From the human T2T-CHM13v2.0 reference genome, Homo sapiens, in assembly GCF_009914755.1 (NCBI RefSeq), contig NC_060928.1: a stretch of DNA of 64,000 nucleotides; one strand, given 5' to 3'. Position numbers and translations under genes: made by a program. Position 1 is the first letter of the stretch. Every line of letters begins with the position of its first letter. The notes beneath the pieces were generated by a model. It was not told the origin of the DNA. It saw only the letters and a list, made by a program, of their open reading frames with translations, and did no database searches. Positions 1 to 13,655 of this stretch are shown piece after piece.

Positions 1-800
1 AACAGTGGGAAGGCCAGTTTGTCTAGACTTCAGTGAATGAGGGGAGAAGTTGGAGATTAGGTAAAGACATAGTGGAGTCCCAATCTTCTTGAACCTTGGG
101 GGCCCTAATGAGGCTTTGGCTTTTACTCCAAGTGAGCTGGGAGCCACTGGAGCATTCTGAGCAGGATAGCAATATGATGGAACATACATGTTAACAAGAT
201 CACTCTGGCAGATTTTTGAGGATAGATTGCAAGGGACAAGAGCAGAATCAGAGAAACCACTAGTGCTATATTCCTGGAGAAAAATGATGGTAGCTCAGAA
301 CAAGATGGCTGCAGTGGAGCGGGTGACAAATAGACAAACAATCAATTTCTGATTATAACTTGAATATAGAGTCAATAAAACTTGAGGGATCTCTGATGGA
401 TCAAAGAGAGAGAGAGAGGAAACAGGGATAAGTCTAAGGGATTAGGCTGAGCAGCTGGAAAAATGGAGTTGCCTTTAACTGAGGTAGGGAAGACTGGAGA
501 GAGCAAGTTATGTGTGAGGGGAGGGAGATACCAGGAGTTCAGTTTAGGACCTGTCAGATTTTAGATGTCCAGATGCCAATTGGATACACTGGCCTGGACT
601 TCAGGGGAGTGGTCTGTGTTAGAGATAACAATGTGAGAATGATCCGCAGATAGGTGATATTTAAAGCTATAAGACTAGATGAGATCAAATAGGGAGTGAG
701 CATATAGACAAAAAGAAGGGATCTGAGGACTAGGCCCCTGGACATTCCAACGTTCAGAAGTTGAGGAGTTGAGGAATAAGAAACTATTATAGGAGATGAA
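1..800 (-). mobile_element. Ancient L2 LINE fragment (continues patchily to ~2700)
   Basis: Degenerate antisense L2-type motifs such as gagttcagtttaggacctgtcagattttagatgt; boundaries approximate. Confidence 0.55.
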
Positions 801-804
801 AATG

Positions 805-1108
805 GGCTGGGCACAGTGGCTCACGCCTGTAATCCCAGTACTTTGGGAGGCTGAGGTGGGTGGATTGCTTGAGTCCAGGAGTTTGAGACAAGCCTGGGCA
901 ACATGGCAAAACCCTGTCTCTACAAAAAAATACCAAAAAAGTTAGCCAGGTGTGGTGGTACATGCCTGTAGTCCCAGCTACTTAGGAGGCTGATGTGGGA
1001 GGATTGATTGAGCCTGGGAGATGGAGGCTGCAGTGAGCCGAGACTGCACCATTGTGCTACAGCCTGGATGACAGATCAAGACCCTGTGTCCAAACAAAAA
1101 AAAAAAAA
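805..1108 (+). mobile_element. Alu (AluJ-like)
   Basis: ggctgggcacagtggctcacgcctgtaatccc start, dimeric body, A-tail. Confidence 0.9.
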
Positions 1109-1382
1109 GGTGGGGAGAGAGGGAGAGAAAATGGAACCATCAGAAAAGTTGGAGGAAAACTAGGCAAGTGTGCTATTCCGGAAGCCAAGTGAAAAAAGCG
1201 TTTCAAGGAGGACAGCATGATCAAACAACTGTGTAAAATGCTGCAACAGGTCAACTCAGATGAGGATTGGGAAAGAATCACAGGATTTAGCAATATGGAG
1301 GTCACTGGTACCCTGTTCAGAGCAGTTTCAGAGTGGAGATTCAAGAAATAATGGGAGAAAAGACATTGATGTCTGTGAATCA

Positions 1383-2095
<713 letters not shown>

Positions 2096-2134
2096 TACAG
2101 TGAGTATAGACAATTATTTGTGTGTGTTTGTTAT

Positions 2135-2433
2135 TGTTTTTTAGAGGTAGGGTCTCACGCTGTTGCCCAGGCTGGAGTGCAGTGGTGCAATCATAGCTCA
2201 GGGCAGCCGAAACTCCTGGGTTCAAATGATCCTCCTGCCTCAGCCTCCTGAGTAGCTGGGATTACAGGCATGTGCCACCACGCCTAGCTAATTTTCATTT
2301 TTATTTTTTATTTTTGTAGATACAGGGGTATCAATGTGTTGCCCAGGCTGTTCCTGAACTTCTGAGCTCAGGTGATCCTCCCATCTAGGCCTCCCAAAGT
2401 GCTGGGATTACAGGTGTCAGCACTGCGCCTGAC
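2135..2433 (-). mobile_element. Alu (AluJ-like)
   Basis: Antisense Alu body ending ...gggattacaggtgtcagcactgcgcctgacc. Confidence 0.88.
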
Positions 2434-2724
2434 CTCTACAATTCTTTTAAGGAGTTTTGCTCTAGAAGGAATTGGGGGAATATAGCAATAGCCAGATGGG
2501 AAGCTGGGGCCAAGAAATATTTTTTTAAGATGGGAGAAATAGCACCATGCTTGGAGGTTGATGGGAATAACCTGGTAGAGAGGGGGAAACTGATGAAGAA
2601 AGGAAGGAGAATTTTTTTAGGAGGGAATGACCTCTAAGGTACTAGTGATGAGTTGACCTAAGCTAGGAGCTAAGTTCCTCTACAGGAACAGGAGTGAACA
2701 AAGAATACAAACACAGATAGATGC

Positions 2725-2895
2725 TTCACATTTACATTAAATATTAAATAAAATTTGAAATTCAGTTCCTCACTTGCAGAAGTCACATTTCAAGCACTCA
2801 GTAGCCCTATGTAACGTGTGACTGAGGCTATTTTATTGGACAGAGTGGCTGTAAAATATATCCATCATTGCAGAAAGTTCTTTTGGACAGCACTG
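2725..2895. mobile_element. MER3-like hAT-Charlie MITE
   Basis: aaattcagttcctc...cacatttcaagcactc...ttggacagcactg motif series. Confidence 0.6.
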
Positions 2896-4128
2896 GCCTA
2901 GGGTGTGACCATGGGTATAAGTGGCTGAGTTGGATGGAGGACAAGATCACTAGAGAGGCCAGGGTGTTAGAAAGATCATCTGTGTGTAACTTGAAATTGC
3001 TAAGACCCAAGACAGAGGTAATATTGAGGTGAGTGAAAGTGGGTCAGTTATTAAAATTATAAAAAAGTGATTAATAAATGACTGGAGACTAAGTGATATG
3101 GTCTGATGATAAGATAATTATGGAGGAGGCAGGGGGCATGGTCTAGAAGCAGCAATGAGAAGCAAGAAGAACCCTACCCCAACCTTCAGGTCCTGTGGAA
3201 GGGAAGCCAGCTACCACTGCAGAGGGCTTCAGGGAAGCAGTGTCACCAGGGGACAGAGCCAAGTTTCAGTTACTCCTCCAGGGGGAGGGGAAGGACACAC
3301 TCAGAGGAGAGCACGAAGGAAAGGATTCTGCTGACGATTGCAAGTGAAAGGGTTTCGGGAGATGAGGAGGATGGCGAGTGAGGCTAGAAAAGGGGATGGG
3401 CAGAGTCAGATGGGGATTAGATGCCCAGGGATGAGAGGTGACCTGGGAGTCTTGGGTTTCTTGTGGGACAGACATCAGTGGGGATAAGGGACATGATGAA
3501 ATTAGTCCTGATGGTCACAAGGTACATAGTGAAGGATTGGGGGTGGGGTGGGGTGTCTTGACAGGAGCTGGAGGGGTTGGGGATCCCCCTTGATGGTTGC
3601 TAGGAGAGGCGTGGAGTCTGGCTGAAGGGGCATCTTACACTGAGCCATGCCCTTTCTTGGTGGCTGCCTAATGGAGGCCTTACTTGATCCCCACAACTCT
3701 ATAAAGTGCACACTATTGTTATTCCAATTTTACAGAAGCAGATATATTTAAAAAGCAAGGACTTGGTGAATGAGGGCCTTTAAATTGCAGGTTGAATCTT
3801 AATCACCAATGAGGAAGTTGAGAAAGGGAGTCTATTTGGGTGTGAAAGTGGAGGGGAATAAAGGACTGGGAGGTGGATTCTGGTTTAACATGTCTGGAGT
3901 TGAAGTTGCAGGCAGCGGGGACTGCCACGTGGAAATGAGTTGAAGGTGCTTGGAACTATGGAAGTTGGCTCGGCATAGGTGTCAGAGCTGGAGAAGTGGA
4001 TTTAAAGTCAGCAGTCCAAGCCAGAGCAGATTTTTCACCCCCAGATCTTCCCAGGTCTTACCACCTCAGGGAAAATGGAATTGTTTTCTAGGGGTGAGAA
4101 ACAAGAAGGGATTAGAAATAAATTTCAA

Positions 4129-4441
<313 letters not shown>

Positions 4442-4739
4442 TTAGGAACCTGATAAAATCCCAGCTGTTGCCCTCAAACTACCTGTATAATATCTTTTCT
4501 CTCGCAGTGTTCTGAAGGATTTTCTCAATTTTATTGCAGGTTGAAGGCTAATGCTTTTGAAATATTGCTTTAATAGTGACCCCTAGTGTTATAAGGAGAT
4601 ATCTGCTAACTGATGAGGTAGTTTGGAAACGAAAATTCCCTTAACCTGAAAGTCATTGCATAGATTGATATTGCCAGAAGGTACCTTCATAAATTATTTA
4701 GTCCATCTCTCTGCCTTTAGGGAGGATCACACTTGAACA

Positions 4740-4855
4740 ATTCCAGGTCACTTCCCTTCAAGAAAGATGTAATGGACCTGAAGAGAGTTCAGAGAATGGC
4801 AAGTAGCATAAACAAGGAGAGAAATGTACTTTCCTGTGAGAATGGATTGAAGAAA
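4740..4855 (+). mobile_element. CR1/L3 LINE fossil
   Basis: Translates FKKDVMDLKRVQRMASSINKE..LSCENGLK, resembling the CR1 ORF2 C-terminal motif FKKDIDKLERVQRRATRM..SYEERLK. Confidence 0.55.
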
Positions 4856-5139
4856 AGGAGAAAGAAGAGGACAAGGAGGAGGAGGGACAAGAAGAAACTG
4901 CAGACTAGAAAATGGACACATACAAAACAGTGAAGTAATATAACAAATCTTTACATACTAGCTCTAAGAGGCACCTCTTTGAAACTATGAAGGGGCTGCA
5001 TTAGCATAATCCTGGCGACCATTTTTGAGCATTTGCTCCATGGCAGGCATGCTTACAACCACCCATAAGGTAAGAACCATTATGATCTCCATTTTAGAGA
5101 TAAGGAAACAAGGTATAGCACTCAATTACTCAGCCGAGG

Positions 5140-5433
5140 TGCCAGATGCTATGTCTCACACCTGTAATCCCAGCACTTTGGAAGGCTGAGGTGGGGGAAT
5201 TGCTTGAGTCAAGACATTTGACACCAGCCTGGGCAACATAGAGAGACCTCATCTCTACAGAAAATAAACAAAATAAGCTGCATGCAGTGATGCACATCTG
5301 TAGTACCAGCTACTCGAGAGGCTGAGCTGGGAGGATCACTTGAGTTCAGGAGGTTGAGGTTGCAGTGAGCTGAGCTCATACCACTGCCCTTCAGCCTGGG
5401 CAACAGAGGGTGAAAAACATAAAAATAAAAAAA
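5140..5433 (+). mobile_element. Alu (AluJ-like, diverged)
   Basis: Diverged dimeric Alu with TSD-like aattactcagccgag / aattgctaagctgag. Confidence 0.85.
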
Positions 5434-8139
5434 TTGCTAAGCTGAGACAGCTCCAAGGGGCAAAATCAGGATTGGAACTCAGGCTTTTTGACTCCTAAGT
5501 GTGTGCTTCTAACCTCAATGCAACAGCCCTTAACTAATAAATAGGAATGCTAATTTATATGCAGAAAGCACATAAGTCATTAAACTGGCAAAGGCTAAAA
5601 ATATAAATTTGTTCTAGAAAAGTGTGGATGTGGACATGGCAGTTTGGGAACATCTGTGATGTTTTCAGGCAAATCCCCTGATCTGACCCGGTGTGCTAAT
5701 TCTCGTGTCCTTACTACACATCAAATCTGCGGATTTTCAGAGTAGAAACCTCATGCAGACCAAGCAGTACATTTCAATTTTTTAAAATCTGCAACAGCAG
5801 AGAAATTCTTCATGTCTAGCTAAATCCCTCCTGTTGATGCCCATTTTCTTTTATCCTGTCATCAATGAAGATGGAAAACAGCTGGACATAATCCTCTCTA
5901 ACCTTTTCTATATGTGAACACCATTAAGTCTCTCCAGGTTTCTGCTCTATCCACTTTCAAGATACATAGTCCTCCTTCCCTTTGAATATCTCCACAGGTT
6001 TTGTTATTTATCTTGTGATTTTAATGACCCTTAGGGAAGCATTTCCAATCCTAAAGAGAAGTTTGTGCTGATGTAATTAGTAAACCATAAAAATGTCTTC
6101 ATTCATAAAAGCAATGCAATGCCTCTAATTTTCAAAGGAGTTCCATATTCCTTATCTTGCTTGATTCTCACATATTTGTCCCTGTTTTACAGAAGTGAAA
6201 GTGAGGCTCAGAGAAATTAAGTGATTTGCCCAAGTTCATATAAGGAAATAGTGGAAAAAATTAACAAGATTGTTAAAAAGAGGGAGCAAGGTATATGATG
6301 ACTGAGAAAGTCAAAGGGAAATTTTTAGAAGACATGTAAGTGTCAAAAAATAATCCTTTTTGCCTTTCTGTTTGTCTTTGGTAACTATCAGCATCTGGAA
6401 ATATAAATATTCAGCAAACAAAAGTACAGCCTCCCTTTCCAGTCACCCATACGGCTTTCATTTTCAAAACTGGAGCCCAGAGACCCTCCTTCCACTTATA
6501 GGACTTAGGGAGCTGCCAACTCAGTGCCACCTAATTATTATGAAGCCAGGCACTCTTCCCACCATCCCACCTGTATTCACTTGCGGAATCTTTACAACTC
6601 TCTGAGCTGGGTGTTATTGTTACCTCCCACTTCACAGATTTGGAAACAAATCCAGTTAAGTTAAATAATTGGCCCAAGGTCATACAGAGAGTCTTGGTAA
6701 ATATAAAGGTAAAGTTTAAGTAAAAGCCATGTAAATTCTGCATTTAAATTATTAAGCAGTAAGTATTCATCACAGACAATGATCCAGTATAATGGCTGTA
6801 AGATACGTAAGACAAATACGATCCCTTGAACGCACATGGAAATTGAGTCCCAGTGAGGTTAAGTCATTCCGTCTTGATCACACAGTGAGGCAGGGCTGAT
6901 ACGGTTAGCATCCATTAGCATGGCCATATTAGTTCTTAAAATGTTCAGTATTTCTGTACAAATTGGTATTAGTTGCTGCCCCAAGCCCTCCATGGGCCTC
7001 TCCCCTGTGAAACCTTCAGATCTCCCCATAGTCCAGCAACTTGTGGGGTCCCTGCTCGGTGATGATTGCACTCAGCCCTTTGGCAGGCTCCCTTTGGAAA
7101 TTGGCATGGGGGACAGAGAGGAGGAGATGCTCTGCAGTAGGTCAGGTGCTTGGGAACAGAGGGTAGCCCAGGACAGGAGCCTTTAAGAGGTATCTGCTGC
7201 ACAGTCGGTTTTACCCTTCCCCTCTGCATTATTACCCAAAAGGCAAAAATAGGGTTCAGGAACAGCAGAGAAAGTATCTTTCCCTTCATTCACACATTAG
7301 CAGGAGAAACTCTAGGTGTTAGAGCAAAGTAACAACCCTGCCTATGGTGCAGTGGTACCCTGGGGGGACTTAGGAGAAAGAAGACCAGTATTTGGGGAGA
7401 GCCAGAGGGCTGGAAATGAAGACTAAGGAGTTTCTCTCTTTCCTGTTTGGTGTATACATGATGATACACATACAAGAACCCCTGATACAGTGTCAGGCCC
7501 TTACCTGGTGCACAATAAATGTTTCTGAACTTTCTGGACTGATTAGATTATGATGTGAGCTGTTTAGAAAAAGGCCGTGGGAGTCTGCTTTCAGCCTTGA
7601 ATTTAGTAGAGGATTATTACTAAGGCACCAGAGCAGATATGCAGGGGCCAGGGAGGAGCTGCCAAATAAGAGGACATTGTCTTGGTAAAAAAGAGAGTCT
7701 CTGAAATGGGCCAGCAGTTATAAATATCAATGGCAAATGCCTGAGCACTGATGTAAGAAGATGAATGCAAGAAACCTGACCGTCTTGGAAAAGACCTGAG
7801 CATGATGGATTCTTCCAAATCTAAATCCACTAAATTAGTTCTGAGACTACTCAGTGTTACATGGAAAGACGACAGCAGACAAGGCACCCCTCCATCTGCA
7901 AAACACTCCTGCTAGTGCTTCTAGGGGCACAGGAAGGGGACAAACAGAAACAAAAACAGTTGAGAGTCAAGATCATGAAATACGACCAACACAAAGGAGT
8001 TTGTGAAGTGAGAAGTGTTACTTATTCAACAGAGAGATTCCACAAAGAATCTCTTGTATAGTTTTATGACCTCATTCTTGCAAAGGATATAGCAGAAAAA
8101 AGAATTGAGTCATAAAAAGCGAAAGATATTTCTCAATTT

Positions 8140-8570
8140 CCTAATCATAACTTCGTGACTTAAAACAACAAAAGCTTATTCTCATAGAGTTCTGGAGGCC
8201 AAAGTCCAAAATCAAGGTGTTGGCAAGGCCATGCTCCCCAAGAAGGTTCTGGGGCAGAACCCTTTCTTGTCTCTTCCAGCTTCTGGTGGCTCCTGGCATT
8301 CCTTGGTTTGGGGCAGCCTAACTCCAGTATCTGCCTTGGCCCTCACATGGTCTTCTCTGTGTGATTTTGTGCCCTCTATATTGTAAGGACACTAGTCATT
8401 AGATTTAGGGCCCACTCTTAATCTATGATGATTTCATCTGAGCTCCTCAACCAATTACAATTAATTACATATGCTAAGAAAATTACATCCCTATTTCCAC
8501 ATAAGGTCACATTCTGAGCTTTTGGGTGGCCATAAATTTGGGTGGGGGACATTATTCAACCCACTATAAT
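8140..8570 (-). mobile_element. MLT1-type MaLR LTR
   Basis: cttaaaacaac...gttctggaggccaaagtccaaaatcaaggtgttggcaagg...attcaacccactata pattern. Confidence 0.7.
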
Positions 8571-10097
8571 GTGTGACACATGCAGAAAATAGACAAAAAA
8601 GAGAGATTATGCATTTATAACATAGGAAATAGATTTACTCTTTGTGATTACCTTGTTATTCTTTACTACAGCCAACTATCTAATGATTGGTGACAATCAG
8701 AAGCAAACTTGACCTTTATCTACATGCTGTAGGAAAATGGTTCCCAAATGCTAAACAATGAAACAGCACTGGTCCGAGGGAAAGCTTTCATAGGCCAAGG
8801 CATCTTTTCCACAATCCCTGTGGGCTCTCGATTGAAGTCCCAGGGCCTCAGTTGCTCAGCCTTAGCTAAGAGGAGCTACTGAGTAAGAGCTTGCTCTAGG
8901 CACCTGGGCTCTACCATCTGCCCCCGCCAAGTTCTTCATGGCCCGGTAAGGAATAAGGACAGCATCAGAGCGATCAGGAAACTTGCTTTCATTTACATAG
9001 AATATTCCAAATGAAGGGAAATGCCATTAAGAGTGTTACTTCCATCTTTGCTAACAAACCTTTGAGAAACTGAGTTTCATAATGAATGATAAAGATATGA
9101 GAACAAATTGAACATTGATGCTCTACTTTGTGGTGTCCTATTGAATATATAACCACAAGCTGATAAATGTGTATCAAACTAACAATTATGTACAATGCAA
9201 TAGGATTTCATATAGTAACTCTTCTAAACTCAAAAATTATGTATATATTTATAAAAATATATTTCATCTGTGTCTCTCTGTTGTCAGATTACCAACTATC
9301 CTTTATGCTATGTCCTTTTTACTTTTTACATGTAAAGTATGATTTCTTTTATGAAATAGTAAATATAGATTCTTACCTTACAAAATACAAAGGGCAACTT
9401 TTGTTGGTTCCATGCTTTTTAAACATTTTCACTGAATATATTTTATATTTCAGTGATTTCTTTTTTATTGCTTTGGAGTACAGAATTATTACAGAAATAA
9501 ATTTCAGAGTATAAAGGTATTTCTCCATAAGAAAACCTGCCATTTAAAAGTCAAGCTTATAGGACATATTGGTTAAAATATAATTGTATTGTTTTGATTT
9601 AAAGTAACAGGATTTGCACTTAAGAGAAGGTATACCCTAGATTTCCTTTGCACAATAAATTCCTAAAGTGCATGTATAATATGATTCCATTTTATATTTA
9701 AATCCAAAATTTCAAGAGCACAGTCTTTTCAAATTAAGTTACACCTCCTTCTATTTTTCCTGCAGACAGCTGTCAATAGGCAAGATATTCCCACTGTAGC
9801 ACTCACCTCTCCTATCCATCTGTCTTTCCACCAGGCATTTAGAGATCAGGCAAATAGAAAGACTGTGTCTGGGGTAAAAAAATGACTGCAGAGGGAAAGC
9901 TGAACCTGGCTGGACATAGTTGCTCTGCCCAGAACATTGTTTTTTCTCTTTTATGGGCCTTTACTCTGATTGACTACCATTTAACAAAAATGGTAGTGAG
10001 AGCAGCGTCACCGGATAATTACAATCTCCTTAAGTGTCAAAAGACCTTGGTCTTCCTTCATATGGAAACTCTCTACCCTCTCATTTAAAGCAATCGA

Positions 10098-10404
10098 GGC
10101 TGGGTGCAGTGGCTAACGCCTGTAATCCCGGCACTTTGGAAGGCTGAGGTGGGCCGATCACTTGAGTCCACAGTTTGAGACCAGCTTGGGCAACATGGCA
10201 AAATCCTGTCTCTACACAAAATACAAAAATTAGCCTGGCTTGGTGGCACGCATCTGTGGTCCCAGGCACTTGGGAGGCTGAGGCAGGGGGATGGCTTGAG
10301 CCTGGGAGGTCGAGGCCTCAGTGAGCCGTGATTGTGTCACCGCACTCTAGCCTGAGTCAAACAGTGAGACCCTGTCTAAAAAAAAAAAAAAAAAAAAAAA
10401 AAAA
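10098..10404 (+). mobile_element. Alu (AluJ-like)
   Basis: Full-length Alu, long A-tail, TSD aaagcaat(c/t)ga. Confidence 0.9.
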
Positions 10405-10417
10405 GCAATTGAATAAC

Positions 10418-10858
10418 TTTCATGCGCGTCCGTGTGAAGAGACCACCAAACAGGCTTTGTGTGAGCAACATGGCTGTTTATTTCACCTGGGTGCAGGTGG
10501 GCTGAGTCCGAAAAGAGAGTCAGCGAAGGGAGATAGGGGTGGGGCCATTTTATAGGATTTGGGAAGGTAATGGAAAATTACAGTCAAAGGGGGTTGTTCT
10601 CTGGTGGGCAGGGGTGGATCTCACAAAGTACATTCTCAAGAGTGGGGAGAATTACAAAGAACCTTCTTAAGGGTGGGGGAGATTACAAAGTACATTGATC
10701 AGTTAGGGTGGGGCAGGAACAAATCACAATGGTGGAATGTCATCAGTTAAGGCTGTTTTTACTTCTTTTGTGGATCTTCAGTTACTTCAGGCCATCTGGA
10801 TGTATACGTGCAAGTCACAGGGGATGCGATGGCCTGGCCTGGGCTCAGAGGCCTGACA
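10418..10858 (-). mobile_element. HERV-H 3' LTR (LTR7)
   Basis: Minus strand TGTCAGGCCTCTGAGCCC...GCGCATGAAA, preceded by polypurine tract AAGAAGGCAGGAA (10859-10871). Confidence 0.95.
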
Positions 10859-12843
10859 TTCCTGCCTTCTTATATTAATAAGACAAATAAAACAAAATAG
10901 TGTTGAAGTGTTGGAGTGGCAAAAATTTTGGGGGGGTGGTATGGAGAGAGAATGGGCGATGTTTCTCAGGGCTGCTTCAAGCGGGATTAGAGGCGGCGTG
11001 GGAACCTAGAGTGGGAGAGATTAAGCTGAAGGGAGGTCTTGTGGTGAGGGGTGATATTGTGGGGATGTTAGAAGAAACATTTGTCATATAGAATGATTGG
11101 TGATGGCCTGGATACGGTTTTGGATGAATTGAGGAACTAAATGGAATAAGAGAAGGAGAAAAACAGGTATAAAAGGTCTAAGAATTGGGAGGACCTAGGA
11201 CATCTGATTAGAGAGTGCCTAAGGAGATTCAGCATAGTCCTGCCAGCAAAGATTATTTATTTACTTCAAGAGTTTAGAGTGGCAGTTTGGGGATAGCACC
11301 AGGAGATATCAGCTGTGATGGCTTGGAGAAACAGCGTAAACCGGCAGTGTAAACAAGAGCAGGGCGTATATGAGTAGTTGAGAACGGTGAATAGGAGTAT
11401 GACTAGATAAAAGATAGTAGGGATGACAAGTTTTTTGGGGGCACAGTCTAAGTTGGTCTGGTGTCAAATGAGACTGGGGCCTAATAAAAAGGAGCATGTA
11501 TACAGGAGCTTAAATGGGCTGTACCTTGTAGAAGCGAAAGTGGTAAAAGTATTGTCCAGTCCTTTTTAAGTTGGTGGCTGAGCTTGGTGAGCTGTGTTTT
11601 TAAAAGACCTTTAGTCCGTTCTATTTTTCTTGAAGATGGAGGACCGTAAAGGATATAAAGGTTTCACTGAAACCTACTAAGAGCCTGAAAAACTGCTTGG
11701 CTGATTTGACTAATAAAGGCTGGTCTGTTATCAGACTGTATAGAGGTGGGAAGGCTAAACTGAGGAATTATGTCTGACAGAAGGAAAGAAATGACTGCGG
11801 TGGCCTTCTCAGACCCTGTAGGAAAGGCCTTTACTTATTCAGTGAAAGTGTCTATTTGGACTAAGAGGTATTTTAGTTTCCTGACTCGGGCATGTTGAGT
11901 AAAGCTAATTTGCCAGTCCTGGGTGGGGGCAAATCCTCAAGCTTGATGTGTAGGGAAGGGAGGGGGCCTGAATAATCCCTGAGGAGTAGTAGAATAGCAG
12001 ATGGAACACTGAGAAGTTATTTCCTTGAGGATAGATTTCCACGATGGAAAGGAAATGAGAGGTTCTGAGAGGCAGGCTAGTGGCTTGTACTATAGCATAG
12101 CCTGCCTTTGCTGGTGTGTGGCGATTAGGCCTGGTGGAACTGCCATCAATAAATCAAGCGTGATCAGGGTGAGGAACAGGAAAGAAGGAAATTTGGGGAA
12201 ATGGGGTGAATGTCAGGTGGATCAGAGAGATACAGTCATGGGGGTCAGGTGTGGTATGAGGAATAATGTGGGAGGCCAGATTGAAGTCCGGGCCAGGAAC
12301 AATGGTAATTGTGGGACTGAAAGAGTGAGTACAGCTGAAGGAGCCGGGGAGCAGAAAGTATATGCGTCAGGTATGAGGAAGAAAATAGATTTTGGAAGTT
12401 ACGAGAAATGTAGAGAGTGAGTTGAGCATAGTTTGTGATTTTTAGGGCCTCTAAAAGTATTAAGGCAGCGGCAGCCGCTGCACGCAGACATGAGGGCTAG
12501 GCTAAAACAGTAAGGTCAAGTTGTTTGGACAGAAAGGCTACAGGGTGTGGTCCTGGCTCTCGTGTAAGAATTCTGACCACGCTAACCATGCCTAGGAAGG
12601 AAAGGAGTTGTTGTTTTGTAGAAGGTGCTGGGGTTTGAGAGATCAGTCGGACACAATTGGCAGGGAGAGCATGTGTGTTTTTATGAGAATTATGCCGAGA
12701 TAGGTAACAGATGAGGAAGAAATTTGGGCTTGATTGAAGTAATGGGGGCTGTCTGTGAAGCTTTGCAGCAGTACAGCCTAGGTAATTTGCTGAGCTTGAT
12801 GGGTGTCAGGGTCAGTCCAAGTGAAGGTGAAGAGAGGCTGGGA

Positions 12844-13209
12844 TTAAGGGTGCAAAGGAATAGTAAAGAAAGCATGTTTGAGATCTAGAACAGAATAATG
12901 GGTTATAGAGGCAGGTATTGAGGATAGGAGAGTATATGGGTTTGGCACCACGGGGTGGATAGGCAAAACAATTTGGTTGATAAGGTGCAGATCCTGAACT
13001 AACTTGTAAGGCTTGTCTGGTTTTAGGACAGGTGAAATGGGGGAATTGTAAGGAGAGTTTATAGGCTTTAAAAGGCCATGCTGTAGCAGGCGAGTGATAA
13101 CAGGCTTTAATCTTTTTAAAGCGTACTGCGGGATGGGATATTGGCATTGAGTGGGGTAAGGGTGATTAGGTTTTAATGAGATGGTAAGGGATGCATGATC
13201 GGTCGCCAA
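12844..13209 (-). pseudogene. pol: HERV-H pol, N-terminal reverse transcriptase remnant
   Basis: SPYNSPI..LVQDL..YSVLDLKHAFF retroviral RT motifs; terminates prematurely. Confidence 0.85.
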
Positions 13210-13361
13210 GGAGGGAGTAGAGGTATCTTATACTTGTGGGTTAAGGTGGGGGGATACAAGAGGAGGACGCAAAGGAGGCTTTGGATTGGGAAGAAGGGCA
13301 GCAATGAAATATAGCTGTAGTCCGGGATAGTCAGGGAAGCAGATAATTTAGTTAAAGTGTC

Positions 13362-13655
13362 TCAGCCTAATAAGGGAACTGGGCAGGTGGGGATAACTAA
13401 AAAGGAGTGCTTAAAAGAGTATTGTCTAAGTTGGCACCAGAGTTGAGGAGTTTTCAGGGGTTTTGAAGCTTGGCCATCAATACCCACAAAAGTTATGGGG
13501 GCAAGGGAAACAGGCCCTTGAAAAGAAGGCAATGTGGAGTGGGTAGCCCTCGTATCGATTAAACAGGGGATGGACTTACCCTCCACTGTGAGAGTTACCT
13601 GAAGCTCGGCGTCCGTGATGGTCCAGGGGGCTTCCGAGGCGATCGGGCGCGTCAA
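13362..13655 (-). pseudogene. pro: HERV-H protease remnant
   Basis: LIDTRAT (DTG active site altered to DTR) and PTCPVPLLG motif. Confidence 0.85.

Noticed and set aside
9167-9514. 115-aa hydrophobic ORF
   Set aside because: AT-rich compositional ORF with no motif or gene context
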